From contig JBDRCO010000003.1 of the NCBI GenBank assembly GCA_043821645.1, positions 192,001-256,000 on the forward strand: DNA of 64,000 bases, given 5' to 3'. Position 1 is the stretch's first letter. Each line of letters opens with the position of its first letter. The notes beneath the pieces are model-generated. The model ran no database searches, was not told where the DNA came from, and saw nothing but the letters and a program-made list of their open reading frames with translations. The translations under genes and the position numbers were made by a program. Positions 1 through 10,206 of this stretch are shown one piece after another. The stretch comes from Pseudomonadota bacterium (GTDB taxonomy: Bacteria > Myxococcota > JACRCW01 > JAFGSX01).

Positions 1-50
1 CGCACGAGGACGATCCAGGCCATCGGGAGAGCGCGAGCGACATCGGATGA
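1..50 (+). CDS. 3' end of an upstream gene (partial; possibly rnc by gene context)
   Basis: Open frame ...HEDDPGHRESASDIG-TGA whose stop overlaps the era ATG (ATGA). Identity is inferred only from the common rnc-era order. Confidence 0.3.
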   Translation, partial: HEDDPGHRESASDIG

Positions 51-967
51 CCGACGTCACCCGTGCTGGCCGGTGCGCCATTCTCGGCGCAACCAATGTC
101 GGCAAGTCCACCCTTCTGAATGCCATCGTCGGGACCAAGATCGCGATCGTGTCCTCCACGGTGCAGACGACACGCCGGCGCATTCTGGGTGTGGTGGAGC
201 GTGCCGAGTCCCAGATTGCCTTTGTCGATACGCCTGGTCTGCACCGGCATCGCGGTGAGCTGAACCGACGCCTGGTCCAGGCAGCCATGCGCAGCATCGA
301 CAACGTTGATGCGGTGGTGCTGGTGCTCGATGCCACGCGTCGAGGAGGCCCGCTCGACCCCGAGGCACGGCGCCTGCTCGAGGCGATCCAGAAGAGCGCA
401 CTCCCCTGTGTGCTGGTTCTCAACAAGATCGACCGCATGGCCAAGCCTGAGCTGCTCCCCATGCTCGCGGCTCTGCAGCCGGTGCATGACTTTGCAGCGA
501 TGATCCCGGTCAGTGCGCAGGGAAACGACGGAGTGGATGCGCTCGTGGACGAGGTCGCGCGGCTGATGCCCCTGGGGCCGAGGCTCTATGATCCCGATCA
601 GTACACGGATCAAACCGAGCGTAGCCTTGCCGCCGAGATCATCCGCGAGAAGGCCATGCGCCACCTGCGCAAGGAACTCCCACACAGCCTGGCGGTGACC
701 GTCGAGGACTTCGACGAGTCGCGACGCTCGCCGGACGACGGCGGCCGGGTGGTGATCGAGGCCGTGGTGTGGGTCGAGCGAGACGGCCAGAAAGCCATTG
801 CCATCGGCGCCGGGGGAAGCATGGTCAAGGCCATCGGGACCGATGCCCGCATTGAGATCGAGTCCATGCTCGAGGCCAAGCTGGTCCTCAAGCTCGATGT
901 GCGCGTTGCGCGCAACTGGAGCGAGGACCCGCAGGCCATGCAGAGCATGGGCGTGATCGACGAGTAG
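47..967 (+). CDS. era: GTPase Era
   Basis: G1 GATNVGKST, QTTR, DTPG, NKID; C-terminal KH domain (ELPHS...QKAIAIGAGG...IG..AR..IE). Confidence 0.95.
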   Translation: MTDVTRAGRCAILGATNVGKSTLLNAIVGTKIAIVSSTVQTTRRRILGVVERAESQIAFVDTPGLHRHRGELNRRLVQAAMRSIDNVDAVVLVLDATRRGGPLDPEARRLLEAIQKSALPCVLVLNKIDRMAKPELLPMLAALQPVHDFAAMIPVSAQGNDGVDALVDEVARLMPLGPRLYDPDQYTDQTERSLAAEIIREKAMRHLRKELPHSLAVTVEDFDESRRSPDDGGRVVIEAVVWVERDGQKAIAIGAGGSMVKAIGTDARIEIESMLEAKLVLKLDVRVARNWSEDPQAMQSMGVIDE

Positions 968-978
968 CGGCGGTAACG

Positions 979-2457
979 ATGCAACAGGACCGTCTTCCCA
1001 CCATCGCCGTGGTCGGCCGACCCAATGTCGGTAAGTCGTCGCTTTTCAACGCGCTGGCCGGGCGGCGCCTGGCCATCGTCGATAACTCCCGGGGTGTCAC
1101 CCGCGACCGGCTGATCGCCGAGGCGAGCCTGCCAGGCATGCACTTCATTGCCGTCGACACCGGGGGCATCGAACCCACGTCGAAGGATCCCATCTTCGCG
1201 GCCATGCGCGAGCAGGCCCAGCTGGCCATCGACGAGGCAGACGCCATCGTGTTCCTGGTCGACTCGCGCGACGGTGTGCTGCCGCCAGATCGCGATATCG
1301 TTGAACTGCTGCGACGCAGCGGGCGTCCCTGGATCCTGGCCGTCAACAAGATAGACGACGTGCGTCACGAGGACCGCGTCTACGAGTTCACCGAGCTGGG
1401 GCACGACGCACCCCTCGGCATCAGTTCCATGCACAAGAGGGGCTTCGAGGAGCTCGCGGACCGCCTGCGTGAGATCCTGCCCGAGGCCTTGCGGCGGAGC
1501 GCGGAACAGGCAGCCCAGGCCGAGGAGACGAGCGAGGAAGACCTGCTGGCGCTCGCCGAGGCAGCCCAGCGCGAGCCCGACGCCCGGGCCGAACCCTGGG
1601 ACGAGGCGCCGGATGAGTTCGCGGTGGCGGTCGTGGGCCGCCCCAATGTGGGGAAGAGTTCCCTCATCAACCGCCTGCTTGGTGAGGAGCGCCTGCTGGT
1701 GGCGGACATGCCGGGCACCACCCGCGACGCCGTCGACAGCGTCATCGAATTCGGTGGGCGACGTTTCCGGCTCATCGACACGGCGGGGCTGCGGCGCAAG
1801 AGGAGCATCGGTCACCAGCTCGAGCGCTTTGCCGTCGTCGCGTCGCTCAATGCGGTGCAGCGTGCGCAGATCGTGGTGCTGGTGCTCGACGCCACGCAGC
1901 CCCTGGCCGACCAGGACCAGCAGGTCGCGTCTCACGCCATCCGGGCAGGGCGCGCCGTGGTGGTGGCACTCAACAAGATCGATCTCCTGGAACCAGGGGA
2001 AGAGGTCATCCGGGAGATCCAGCAGCGGGTGCGCGATGGACTGGGTTTTGTCGATGAGGTCACGGTATTGCCCATGTCCGCGGCCAAGGGCAAGCGTGTG
2101 TTCGACATGCTGCGGGCCGTGGACGACGCTGGCGTGCGCAGCCTGCGCCATATACCGACAAGCCTGGTCAATCGAACCATCGAGGCGCTGATGCGTCACC
2201 ACCCGCCGCCCATGGCGGGCGCGGCCCGTGCCAAGCTCCTGTTTGGCGCCCAGGTCGCGGTGTCACCCCCGACCTTTGTGATCGTATGCCGCCGGCCTGA
2301 CTGCATACCTCGCAGTTACCGCCGTTACGTCGAGCGCCGCCTGCGCGAGGATTTCGAGTTTGGCGGCGTGCCCCTGCGCGTGGCTTTTCGCTCCCGCGAG
2401 GGTCAGGCCCGTCGGAGCAAACGCCGGGCCCGCCGGCGCAGTGAGAAGGACGGGTGA
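979..2457 (+). CDS. der: Ribosome biogenesis GTPase Der (EngA)
   Basis: Two tandem G domains (GRPNVGKSS twice, GVTRD/GTTRD, DTGG/DTAG), acidic linker, C-terminal KH-like PPTF...Y.RY...LRE.F.F.GVP. Confidence 0.96.
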   Translation: MQQDRLPTIAVVGRPNVGKSSLFNALAGRRLAIVDNSRGVTRDRLIAEASLPGMHFIAVDTGGIEPTSKDPIFAAMREQAQLAIDEADAIVFLVDSRDGVLPPDRDIVELLRRSGRPWILAVNKIDDVRHEDRVYEFTELGHDAPLGISSMHKRGFEELADRLREILPEALRRSAEQAAQAEETSEEDLLALAEAAQREPDARAEPWDEAPDEFAVAVVGRPNVGKSSLINRLLGEERLLVADMPGTTRDAVDSVIEFGGRRFRLIDTAGLRRKRSIGHQLERFAVVASLNAVQRAQIVVLVLDATQPLADQDQQVASHAIRAGRAVVVALNKIDLLEPGEEVIREIQQRVRDGLGFVDEVTVLPMSAAKGKRVFDMLRAVDDAGVRSLRHIPTSLVNRTIEALMRHHPPPMAGAARAKLLFGAQVAVSPPTFVIVCRRPDCIPRSYRRYVERRLREDFEFGGVPLRVAFRSREGQARRSKRRARRRSEKDG

Positions 2458-3431
2458 GCACGCAGCCGCCCGACCGACCACACACCGTTTCGACGCCTGT
2501 GCGAGAAGTCTGGAGTCGCCTGCGCCAACAGGAACCTGTCGCCCGGGTGATCGATATCCTCGATGGAACGGTCGGGGACTTCGTTCGCCACGACGGGCAC
2601 ATCTATGCTGCGGCGGTCGCGTTCTACGCCTCGGTCAGCTTCATCCCCTTTCTCCTTTTAGTGATCAGCCTTGGTAGTTACGTCGTGACCTGGGTTTGGG
2701 GTGGCGACGAGACCTCGGCGGCGTATCAGGATCTGATCCGCTTCCTCCGCGCGGCGGTGCCATATCTCGATACGTCGCTGGAGGCGCAGCTGGCTGACCT
2801 CGTCGATCAGCGCGCGCATTTCGGCCTGGCGGGTGCTGCTGCGCTGCTGACCACCTCGAGTCTGGTCTTTCGCAGCCTCGAGTTCGCGCTCGCCCGGGTC
2901 TTCTCGTGGCGCGGCGCCGAAGACCGCAAGGCACGACCCCGCAACGTGGTGCTGTCGAAGCTGCTGTTTGGCGGCTTCGTGATGGCGGCCGTGATCATGT
3001 TTGTGGGCGGCCGATACCTCCTTGGCACCCTGCGCGCCATGGTGGGGCGGGTGGATTCCTCACTTTCCGGAGCCGTGGGTCTGTCCTTCCTGCGTGAGAG
3101 CACCTGGATGGGTGAGCTGGCCTGGGACCTTGGCGTGGTGCTGAGCTTCGTGATGGTGCTGTTCTTCTTCACGCGCAGTCATACCCGCCCCCGGGGAGTG
3201 CACAGCGTGCTCGGTGGTGTGCTCTTCATGCTGGCCTGGAACGCTGCGGGGTGGGCTTTCGACCTCTACGTGGGGCGCTTTGCGTCGTTGCCCCTGACCT
3301 ACGGACCGTGGGCCACGCTCATTCTCATCCAGCTGTGGATCTTCTACTCGGCCCTTGTTTTCATGCTGTCCTGTGAGTTCGTGAAGACGCTGGAGCGCCG
3401 GCAGCACGCGCGGCGTGCGTGTGAGGTCTGA
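2454..3431 (+). CDS. YihY/virulence factor BrkB family inner-membrane protein
   Basis: AAAVAFY..SFIP motif, about 6 TM segments, YG...LIL..LWIFYSA motif. Confidence 0.85.
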   Translation: MSTQPPDRPHTVSTPVREVWSRLRQQEPVARVIDILDGTVGDFVRHDGHIYAAAVAFYASVSFIPFLLLVISLGSYVVTWVWGGDETSAAYQDLIRFLRAAVPYLDTSLEAQLADLVDQRAHFGLAGAAALLTTSSLVFRSLEFALARVFSWRGAEDRKARPRNVVLSKLLFGGFVMAAVIMFVGGRYLLGTLRAMVGRVDSSLSGAVGLSFLRESTWMGELAWDLGVVLSFVMVLFFFTRSHTRPRGVHSVLGGVLFMLAWNAAGWAFDLYVGRFASLPLTYGPWATLILIQLWIFYSALVFMLSCEFVKTLERRQHARRACEV

Positions 3432-3432
3432 G

Positions 3433-4428
3433 ATGGCATGGCGAGGACCGCCCCGCAGGACCACCGTGAAGACAGATCTGGAGATCCGGCCTGTGCTGGT
3501 GGTGTATGGCAGCGAGCGGGGCCTCGTCGAGCAGGCTGTGCGGCACGTACGGGCCAAGGTGGTGCAGGGCGCCATGGCAGACTTCAACCACGACCGGCTC
3601 TCCGCCAAGACAGCGTCGGTCGAGCAGGTCCTGGGCTGCTGCCGGACCCTGCCCGTGATGGCACCACTCCGCCTGGTCGAGCTGAGCGACGGTGACGCCT
3701 TCAACGCCGAGGCTTTGCTCAAGATCGCGGACTATGCAGCCGCACCATCCCCCGAGGCCGTGCTGCTGATCGTGGCGGGCAAGATCGACAAGCGCACGAA
3801 GGCGGCCAAGGCCCTGGACGCACAGGGCTGCCTTCAAGGGTACGAGCCTCTCACCGAGGACGAGGCCATTCCGTACGCGCAGCGCCGTGCCAAGGATCAT
3901 GGCCTGACCCTCGAGCGCGAGGCTGCCATCGAGCTGGTGGCCGCGGTGGGCAGTGACCTGCAACTCATCGAGCGCGCGCTCGAGAAACTCGAACTGGTAT
4001 GCACCGACCAGACCGTGCACGCGGAGCAGGTCGAGACCCACATCTCGCAGACCCGGGTCGAGAGTGTGTTCGCCCTCACCGACGCCATCGCGGCGGGCGA
4101 TCAGGGCCAGGCCCTGACCGTGCTCGGCCAGATGCTCGACGCCCGCGAAGCTCCGCTGCGCATTCTTTCAACCATGCTGTGGCATCAACGGCAGGTGGTA
4201 CGTGCGCGGGCGCTGCTGGATAGAGGGCTGGCCAGTGGCGAGGTGATGGGTCAGATCAATATTCGCAACCGCGACCGGTTCTTGCAGCAAGTTCGAGCAA
4301 TTCCAGCCCAGCGTGCCGCCCAGGGGCTGGCTGCGATCGCCCGCACCGATCGCCAGCTCAAATCGAGCCGCATGCCGGCACGGGCCGTGATGGAGCGCGT
4401 CGTGCTCGAGCTGGCTGCCCTGCGATGA
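3433..4428 (+). CDS. holA: DNA polymerase III delta subunit
   Basis: LVVYGSE, DFN.D, TLP.MA..RLV, L..LEKL..., VF.LTDAI, D.QLKSS; ~330 aa. Start uncertain (3415 GTG, 3433 ATG, or later). Confidence 0.88.
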   Translation: MAWRGPPRRTTVKTDLEIRPVLVVYGSERGLVEQAVRHVRAKVVQGAMADFNHDRLSAKTASVEQVLGCCRTLPVMAPLRLVELSDGDAFNAEALLKIADYAAAPSPEAVLLIVAGKIDKRTKAAKALDAQGCLQGYEPLTEDEAIPYAQRRAKDHGLTLEREAAIELVAAVGSDLQLIERALEKLELVCTDQTVHAEQVETHISQTRVESVFALTDAIAAGDQGQALTVLGQMLDAREAPLRILSTMLWHQRQVVRARALLDRGLASGEVMGQINIRNRDRFLQQVRAIPAQRAAQGLAAIARTDRQLKSSRMPARAVMERVVLELAALR

Positions 4429-5609
4429 GTCCGCCCACGACCCTGCCTCGTGTCCAGGTGACACCGCGTGGTGCGCGGCGCCTGCGGGGAGGTCATCCGT
4501 GGGTCTACCGGACCGACGTGCATCGACCCGACCGCATCGACGAGGGCGGAGTGGTCCGCGTCGTCGACGAGCGGGGCAACCACATCGGTCCTGCTTTTTG
4601 GTCCCTTGGCTCGCCCATTGCGCTGCGACTGCTGGGCCGTGGCGACATCACCGTCGACCGCAGCTTCTTCGCCGCTCGCCTGAACCGGGCCCTTGCCCTT
4701 CGCCAGCAGCTGTGGCCCGAGGCCCGCTGCTATCGGGTGGTGCACGGTGAAGCCGATGGCATGCCCGGTCTGTTCGTGGATCGCTACGACGACGTGCTGG
4801 CCGTCCAGGCGGTGAGCGCGGGAGCGGACGCCCACCTGGACGTGCTCGTCGACATCCTGGGCGAGTTGCTGCAACCCCGGCTCGTCGTCGCCAAGCATGA
4901 CACCAGCGCGCGCGAGTTCGAGGGCCTGTCTCGAGATCAGCACGTGCTGCGCGGCCAGGGGGCATCGTGCGTCGAGGTGTGGGAGGGCTCCAACTGCTTC
5001 TGCCTCGATGTGCTGGCGGACCTCAAGACCGGGGCTTTCCTGGACCAGCGCGAGAATCACACGCACGTGGCGAGCCTGGTGCCCGAGGGCGGCGATGCGC
5101 TCGACACCTTCAGCTACCACGGGGGCTTCGCCTTGTCCCTGGCCACCCGCGCGCACCGGGTCCTTGCGGTGGAGCAAGACCCCCTGGCCTGCACGCGGCT
5201 GCGCGAGAATGCCCAGCGAAACCGGCGTGCTGTCGACGTGATCGAGGGGAATGCCTTTGACCACCTCAGAGCCCTGGAAAGGGAGAACAAGCGCTTCGAC
5301 CTCGTGGTCATCGATCCTCCAGCCTTCGCCAAACGCCAGGGGGAGCTGCCAGCCGCGCGTCGCGCTTACAAGGAACTCAATCTGCGCGGTCTTCGCCTGC
5401 TCAAGCCCGGAGGTGTCCTGGTATCCTGCTCGTGTAGTGGGCGCGTCACACCCCTCCTGTTCGCCGAGGTGCTCGAGGAGGTGGCCAGCGACGCCAAGCG
5501 GACGGTGCAGATCGTGGAGCGCCGCGGCGCAGCCAGGGACCATCCCGTGTTGCTCGGCGTCCCCGAGACCGACTACCTCAAGTGCTGGGTGCTGCGGGCC
5601 ATCGATTGA
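4425..5609 (+). CDS. rlmI: RlmI-like class I SAM-dependent rRNA m5C methyltransferase
   Basis: PUA-like GHPWVY, GEADGMPGLFVDRY, KTGAFLDQREN, DPPAFAK, SCS, DHPV...PETDYLK. Confidence 0.85.
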   Translation: MSPPTTLPRVQVTPRGARRLRGGHPWVYRTDVHRPDRIDEGGVVRVVDERGNHIGPAFWSLGSPIALRLLGRGDITVDRSFFAARLNRALALRQQLWPEARCYRVVHGEADGMPGLFVDRYDDVLAVQAVSAGADAHLDVLVDILGELLQPRLVVAKHDTSAREFEGLSRDQHVLRGQGASCVEVWEGSNCFCLDVLADLKTGAFLDQRENHTHVASLVPEGGDALDTFSYHGGFALSLATRAHRVLAVEQDPLACTRLRENAQRNRRAVDVIEGNAFDHLRALERENKRFDLVVIDPPAFAKRQGELPAARRAYKELNLRGLRLLKPGGVLVSCSCSGRVTPLLFAEVLEEVASDAKRTVQIVERRGAARDHPVLLGVPETDYLKCWVLRAID

Positions 5610-5630
5610 GACAGGGGTGGGTGCCTGGGG

Positions 5631-7238
5631 TCACTGCACCTGCCAGCTCTCTGGAAGCCGGATCGCATAGTGCAGCTCGACCGCTCCGGTGGCGCCTGGC
5701 TCCACCGGTACCTTCCAGCTCACAAAGCCGCGATGGGCGTCGAGGGAGAACCTGGCCGTGGTCTTCTTGCGGTCCAGGTCGACCTTGACCTCGTCGACCT
5801 TGCTGATGGGGATACGCTCGCGGACCTCGATGCTGGCACGCTTGGCCGCGCGGCTGCTCAGCTCGACGCGGTAGGCCTGCTCGATGTTCTTGCTGGTCAG
5901 GATCAACCCGCGACTGCGCGAGCGGTCCAGCAGCTCGATGCGCTCGACCTTGAACTCCTCGTCGATGCTCATGGAGAGTTCCATGGGTTCGCCCGAGGCG
6001 CGGTACTCCAGGGCCGTGTCGCCGACGTAGGTGCCGTGGCGGTACATGTGCAGGACCCCCGGGAGCAGCGGATAGGGAGCCGGGTTGTCGAGCTTGATGA
6101 CCTGGTACACATAAGGTGACAGCTTGGGCACGGTGACCAGCGAGGCTGTTGCCTTGGCCCGGGTGGTGTCGACGGGAAACCAGTAGGGCCGACCTTCTGC
6201 GCGCACGGTGATACGCCTGGGCAGGGTCAGCACGAAGGACTGGCCGCGGTCGTCCAGCTCGGCGGACCGGGCCTGGCTGGCCTGGACCTGGCTGCCGGCG
6301 TGCAGCTGCTCGCGGCGCTCGGCGCCCTGCACCAGCACCTTCTGCTTGCTGGCCTCGCCTCCGTCCACCCACAGCTGTGCAGGTCGTGGAGCCTCGGATC
6401 CGAGCCGGGGCCTCGCCGTGGACAGCAGGATGCGCGCCTGCTCCCAGTCCTCGCCTGTGGCCTGCTGGATCACCGCGCCCACGGTGAGCTCGGCCTGACC
6501 CGCGCCGACCTTGCTAGCTCCCGAGGGGGTGAAGCGCAGATCGTACTCGGGGTGCCAGGTGGCACCACCGATGACGTAGGTGAGGTCGACCTGGGCCTCG
6601 GCCTGCCCGCCACAGCGCACCGCCACCTCGGCCAGCCTGGCCTCGGCCACGTCCTGGGCCCCGTGGTGGTCGAGGCGACGTTGCAGCACGCTGCGCTTGC
6701 GCTGCAGCTCGCGTTCCTGCTGGAACAGGTCACGCTCGCCATTCACCCGGGCCAGTCTATCGCGCCGGACGCTGTCGAGGACGTCGCCCCAGCGCTTGGC
6801 CTCGGGGCGCGCAGCGCGCAGCTCCTCGGACCACAGGTCTGCGAAGTAGCCCGTGTAGGCCGTGAGCGCACGCTCGCGATCTTGCAGCACGGCGCGGCGA
6901 TCCGCGATCTCGGCGAGAGCTCTGTCCAGTGCGCGGATCTCCTGCCGCAACTCGCGCACCTTCAGGTCCGCGTCCTCTTCCAATGGGTGTACCCGACTGG
7001 TCACACCGAGGGCCTCGGCCTTGCCCGCGGCGCTGGCGCGCAAGGTGCGCACATCGAGCTCGGATGGAAGACCCGGGAAGGCGACGCTGGCGACGTCACC
7101 CTGGCAAGGCGCGCTGCTGCGTCTTGTCACCTCGGCGCGATCCGCGAACACCACCACCTGCTCGACGCGGGAGCTGGCAGCCTCTTTCGGGGCGGCGCCC
7201 AGGACAGCCAGCAAGGAGAGAGCGAGATATGCCTGCAT
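5631..7238 (-). CDS. DUF4140/DUF4139 (MuiA-like) family secreted protein
   Basis: Signal peptide; V.VFADRAEVTR, coiled coil, Y....ATWHPEYDL, VIQQATGEDW, LSTARP, PKLSPYVY, LLPG. Confidence 0.85.
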   Translation of the reverse strand: MQAYLALSLLAVLGAAPKEAASSRVEQVVVFADRAEVTRRSSAPCQGDVASVAFPGLPSELDVRTLRASAAGKAEALGVTSRVHPLEEDADLKVRELRQEIRALDRALAEIADRRAVLQDRERALTAYTGYFADLWSEELRAARPEAKRWGDVLDSVRRDRLARVNGERDLFQQERELQRKRSVLQRRLDHHGAQDVAEARLAEVAVRCGGQAEAQVDLTYVIGGATWHPEYDLRFTPSGASKVGAGQAELTVGAVIQQATGEDWEQARILLSTARPRLGSEAPRPAQLWVDGGEASKQKVLVQGAERREQLHAGSQVQASQARSAELDDRGQSFVLTLPRRITVRAEGRPYWFPVDTTRAKATASLVTVPKLSPYVYQVIKLDNPAPYPLLPGVLHMYRHGTYVGDTALEYRASGEPMELSMSIDEEFKVERIELLDRSRSRGLILTSKNIEQAYRVELSSRAAKRASIEVRERIPISKVDEVKVDLDRKKTTARFSLDAHRGFVSWKVPVEPGATGAVELHYAIRLPESWQVQ

Positions 7239-7247
7239 GGTGTCCTC

Positions 7248-9305
7248 CTAGCGTTGCCGCAGCTGCCAGTCCGGTGGCCGCTTGATGCTGTACGTGAAGG
7301 TCACCACCTGCGTCTTTTTGGGCGGCACGTTCAGGTGCCAGCGCAGCCGCCCCTTGGCGTCGGGTTTGTCGGCGAGCGCCGGCTGGGCCTGCTCCAGCGC
7401 GACCTCCATCTTGTCGTTGCCGGTCATGGGCAGCACATCGAACACGTCAATGGAGATGGGCCGGGACTTGAAGTTACCGATCTCGATGCGCGTGGTGTAA
7501 GCCGTGACCTCGTCCTTGATCAAGATCCCCGTGCTCTTGGTCTGGGCGGTCACGTGGTGAATCACGCGGATGTCCTCGTCGGCACCCAGGGGCAGGGTCA
7601 GGGATCCCCCGGGGCCCGTGGTCTGCAGCTGGCCCTCGCTGGTGAAGGCGCCGCCCACGAACACGTTGACGGGGCCTCGCAGGATGGGCAGCCGGCCGCC
7701 GTTCTCGACCTTGGCCGACAGGTAAGCCGTGGTGGCCAGGGCGGGCGTGGTCTCGTAGGTCAGGGTGGTCTTGTAGGTCGCGCTGCTCAAGGGGACGCGC
7801 AGGCGCTCTCCGTCGCTGGCCACGGTGGCGCGGGTGCTGGCGCGGTATTCGTAGTCCAGGCCGCCGGCGACCATGGCGGGCAAGGTCACATCGCCGAGGC
7901 GGGGCCTCTGCCAGGTCGTGGGATCGAACAGCGCCAGGGAGGTGGCCGGTGTCCGTGGCTGACGCGAGCGCCGGTTGCTGGCTCGTCCCCCCGAGGGCGC
8001 GCCCTGGGCCAAGGGCGCGTCCGAGAGGGTGGCGAAGGACATGCCTTCTGCCTCACCGGACACGTCCTCCATGTCCATCCTCTCCATCGCCGCAGGCGGA
8101 GGCGGCGGGGCTGCGGGCGCCCGCGACACCGGGCGCGGCTGGGGCAGCGAGCGCGTCGCCACCCCGTCACCCCCCATGATTGAGCTCACGCCGGGCCTCC
8201 TCGCGGATCCGATCCCGGACCCCATCCCCGACTCCGTCGACACGCCCTGGCCCTGCAGCAGCATGGACAGCAAGGTCATGCGCTCCTGCAACGCCTCCTG
8301 CCGAGCCGCGCGCTCCGCCTGAGCCGGGTGCGGTCTGGGGCCGGGTGCGGCAAAGCGCTGGGGTTGGGGCAGGGCGCGCTCGGGGCGCGGACTGGGCATG
8401 AAGTCCTTGCGCTCACCCAGGGTCCAGGTGAGCAGCTCGGGCAGCTCGATGTCCTGGCCTGGCATGCTGGTGGACAGCACCAGCGCCACGTTGTCCCAGG
8501 CCTCGCCGCTGGCCTGTTGCACCTGCCCGGCGGTGTACAGGGTGACGCTGCCGTCGGCCGGCGAGAAGTGAAGATCGTAGGCCGGCCACCAGGCGGCCCC
8601 GGGCACCGAGTACACCAGCTCGAGCTCGACCAGGGCCGCGGCATTCACGTCGACGATGGCCAGCACCTGGTTGCGGCGATCGCTCAAGGCGCCGAGGTCG
8701 TAGCGCGCCACGTCCCGCTGGGCCTTGGCAAAGGCTTCACCGAGTTCCTGGCGCTTCTTGTTCTGTGCGCGCAGCACCTCCTGCACAGCAGCCTGCCGCG
8801 TCGCCAGAAAGTCCAGGCTCCCCATCCACCCGGAGACCACCAGGGGAGGCTGGGGTTTGCCCACGCGCTCCTGCTCGGGCACGGCGGTCTTGGGGGAGGC
8901 GCGGCGAAGCAGGCCCAGCTCGGCCTGAAACACCGCCTGCTCCGCGTCCAGGCGGGCCAGCTGGTCCGAGATGCCCTCGAGCTGGGTGACCAGGGTATCG
9001 ACCTGCTCGATGGACATGCGCTCGCGCTCAACGGGCGCGATCTCCACCCGCAGCACCTGGCCGCGCGCGGCAGACACGTGCACCGTGTTGAGCAGGGTGG
9101 CGCCCGGCAGATCCGGCAGGCGCAGGGCGTGCGGTCCGCGCTCCAGGCGCACCGAACCCCGGCGTCGGATCCGGGCCCGGTCACTGAACACCGTGACCTC
9201 GTCAATGGGCAGTGCCACGGTTCTGGCCTCGTCGGCCAGGTCAGGCCCCGACGACACATCGGGAACCGCGGCGGAGAGCATGGCCGAGAGCAGCAGGCCC
9301 AGCAT
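7248..9305 (-). CDS. DUF4140/DUF4139 (MuiA-like) family secreted protein with Pro-rich insert
   Basis: AGGAGG RBS before ATG 9305; VTVFSDRARIRR, AAWWPAYDL, VQQASGEAW, LST, ILRGPVNVF, LPLGADEDI. Confidence 0.85.
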   Translation of the reverse strand: MLGLLLSAMLSAAVPDVSSGPDLADEARTVALPIDEVTVFSDRARIRRRGSVRLERGPHALRLPDLPGATLLNTVHVSAARGQVLRVEIAPVERERMSIEQVDTLVTQLEGISDQLARLDAEQAVFQAELGLLRRASPKTAVPEQERVGKPQPPLVVSGWMGSLDFLATRQAAVQEVLRAQNKKRQELGEAFAKAQRDVARYDLGALSDRRNQVLAIVDVNAAALVELELVYSVPGAAWWPAYDLHFSPADGSVTLYTAGQVQQASGEAWDNVALVLSTSMPGQDIELPELLTWTLGERKDFMPSPRPERALPQPQRFAAPGPRPHPAQAERAARQEALQERMTLLSMLLQGQGVSTESGMGSGIGSARRPGVSSIMGGDGVATRSLPQPRPVSRAPAAPPPPPAAMERMDMEDVSGEAEGMSFATLSDAPLAQGAPSGGRASNRRSRQPRTPATSLALFDPTTWQRPRLGDVTLPAMVAGGLDYEYRASTRATVASDGERLRVPLSSATYKTTLTYETTPALATTAYLSAKVENGGRLPILRGPVNVFVGGAFTSEGQLQTTGPGGSLTLPLGADEDIRVIHHVTAQTKSTGILIKDEVTAYTTRIEIGNFKSRPISIDVFDVLPMTGNDKMEVALEQAQPALADKPDAKGRLRWHLNVPPKKTQVVTFTYSIKRPPDWQLRQR

Positions 9306-9415
9306 CACACGCACCTCCTGAAGCAGTGCTCGCAGCAGACCGCAACTCGACGGCAGCCGCAAGCGACCTGGAAGCCGGGGCTGTGCGAATGAAACGGATG
9401 GAGGCTGAAACGGGT

Positions 9416-9910
9416 CTAGAAGCGCTTGATCGCGACCTGCACCCGTCCGTCGGTGACGACCTGTTGCTTTTCATCGACGAGCTTGAAAGGCACCCAGCCC
9501 TCGACTTTGCCACTCTCGCTGGTGCGCACGGCTTCGAGGTGATCGATGGTGGCCACGTCGAGCTCGCAGGTGCAATGGATGGTGCCTTTGGCCTTGATCA
9601 AGAAGTTGGTCTCGACGCGCTTGATCACACCGCCGAAAGGACCCATGGGGAAGCGCTGGAATAGCAGCACGCCAACGGTGAGGTCGATGAGGGTCATCTG
9701 CGCGCCGAAGTACATGGTCCCCAGGTGATTGCGGCTCCGCTTGCTGACCGGCATGCTCAGCACGCAGCGCAGGTCCGTACTCTCTTCGACCTTGAGCTTG
9801 AGGCCTCGCGCCAGGGGGATGATCCTGGGCACGATGAGGCGATCGAGCAGGCGGTTGGCAACCAGGGGTGAGTGGCGGCGGATGTGATTGACGACGGTGA
9901 AGGGGTCCAT
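9416..9910 (-). CDS. Hot-dog fold thioesterase-like protein (DUF4442/YiiD C-terminal-like)
   Basis: RNHLGTMYFGA motif, F..KA.G; 164 aa. Confidence 0.75.
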   Translation of the reverse strand: MDPFTVVNHIRRHSPLVANRLLDRLIVPRIIPLARGLKLKVEESTDLRCVLSMPVSKRSRNHLGTMYFGAQMTLIDLTVGVLLFQRFPMGPFGGVIKRVETNFLIKAKGTIHCTCELDVATIDHLEAVRTSESGKVEGWVPFKLVDEKQQVVTDGRVQVAIKRF

Positions 9911-9942
9911 GGGTCAGGATACTAGCTTCTTGACCCGGCGCG

Positions 9943-10206
9943 TCAACGGTTGCGCGACCGGATGCCCCTGACCATCTGCACCACATTGATGAGGGTCAGC
10001 ACACCCATCAAGCTCAGGAACAGGGATCTGCCCATGGGAACGCCAAAGAAGGCAATGCCCCCGCCCTTGTCGAACACGGTCCAGCCCCAGACCGCGACAC
10101 CCACGGTGATGAGCACACCCGCGGCACCACCCAGGATGCGGTTGTACGAGGAGAGTGCGGTGGCGGCGACGAGCGCACCCACCAGCAGCAGCATGGACAT
10201 GCTCAT
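9943..10206 (-). CDS. Small hypothetical membrane protein (87 aa, ~3 TM)
   Basis: Hydrophobic helices, basic C-terminus; start overlaps the stop of the upstream gene (ATGA). Confidence 0.7.
   Translation of the reverse strand: MSMSMLLLVGALVAATALSSYNRILGGAAGVLITVGVAVWGWTVFDKGGGIAFFGVPMGRSLFLSLMGVLTLINVVQMVRGIRSRNR

Noticed and set aside
610..2202. 530-aa antisense ORF over era/der, and similar long shadow ORFs (11937-13463, 14028-15848, 19163-20971, 25445-27268, 29708-31996, 51114-52817, 58180-60012)
   Set aside because: They lie antisense to well-supported genes; high GC3 codon bias produces stop-free reverse frames; no recognisable motifs.
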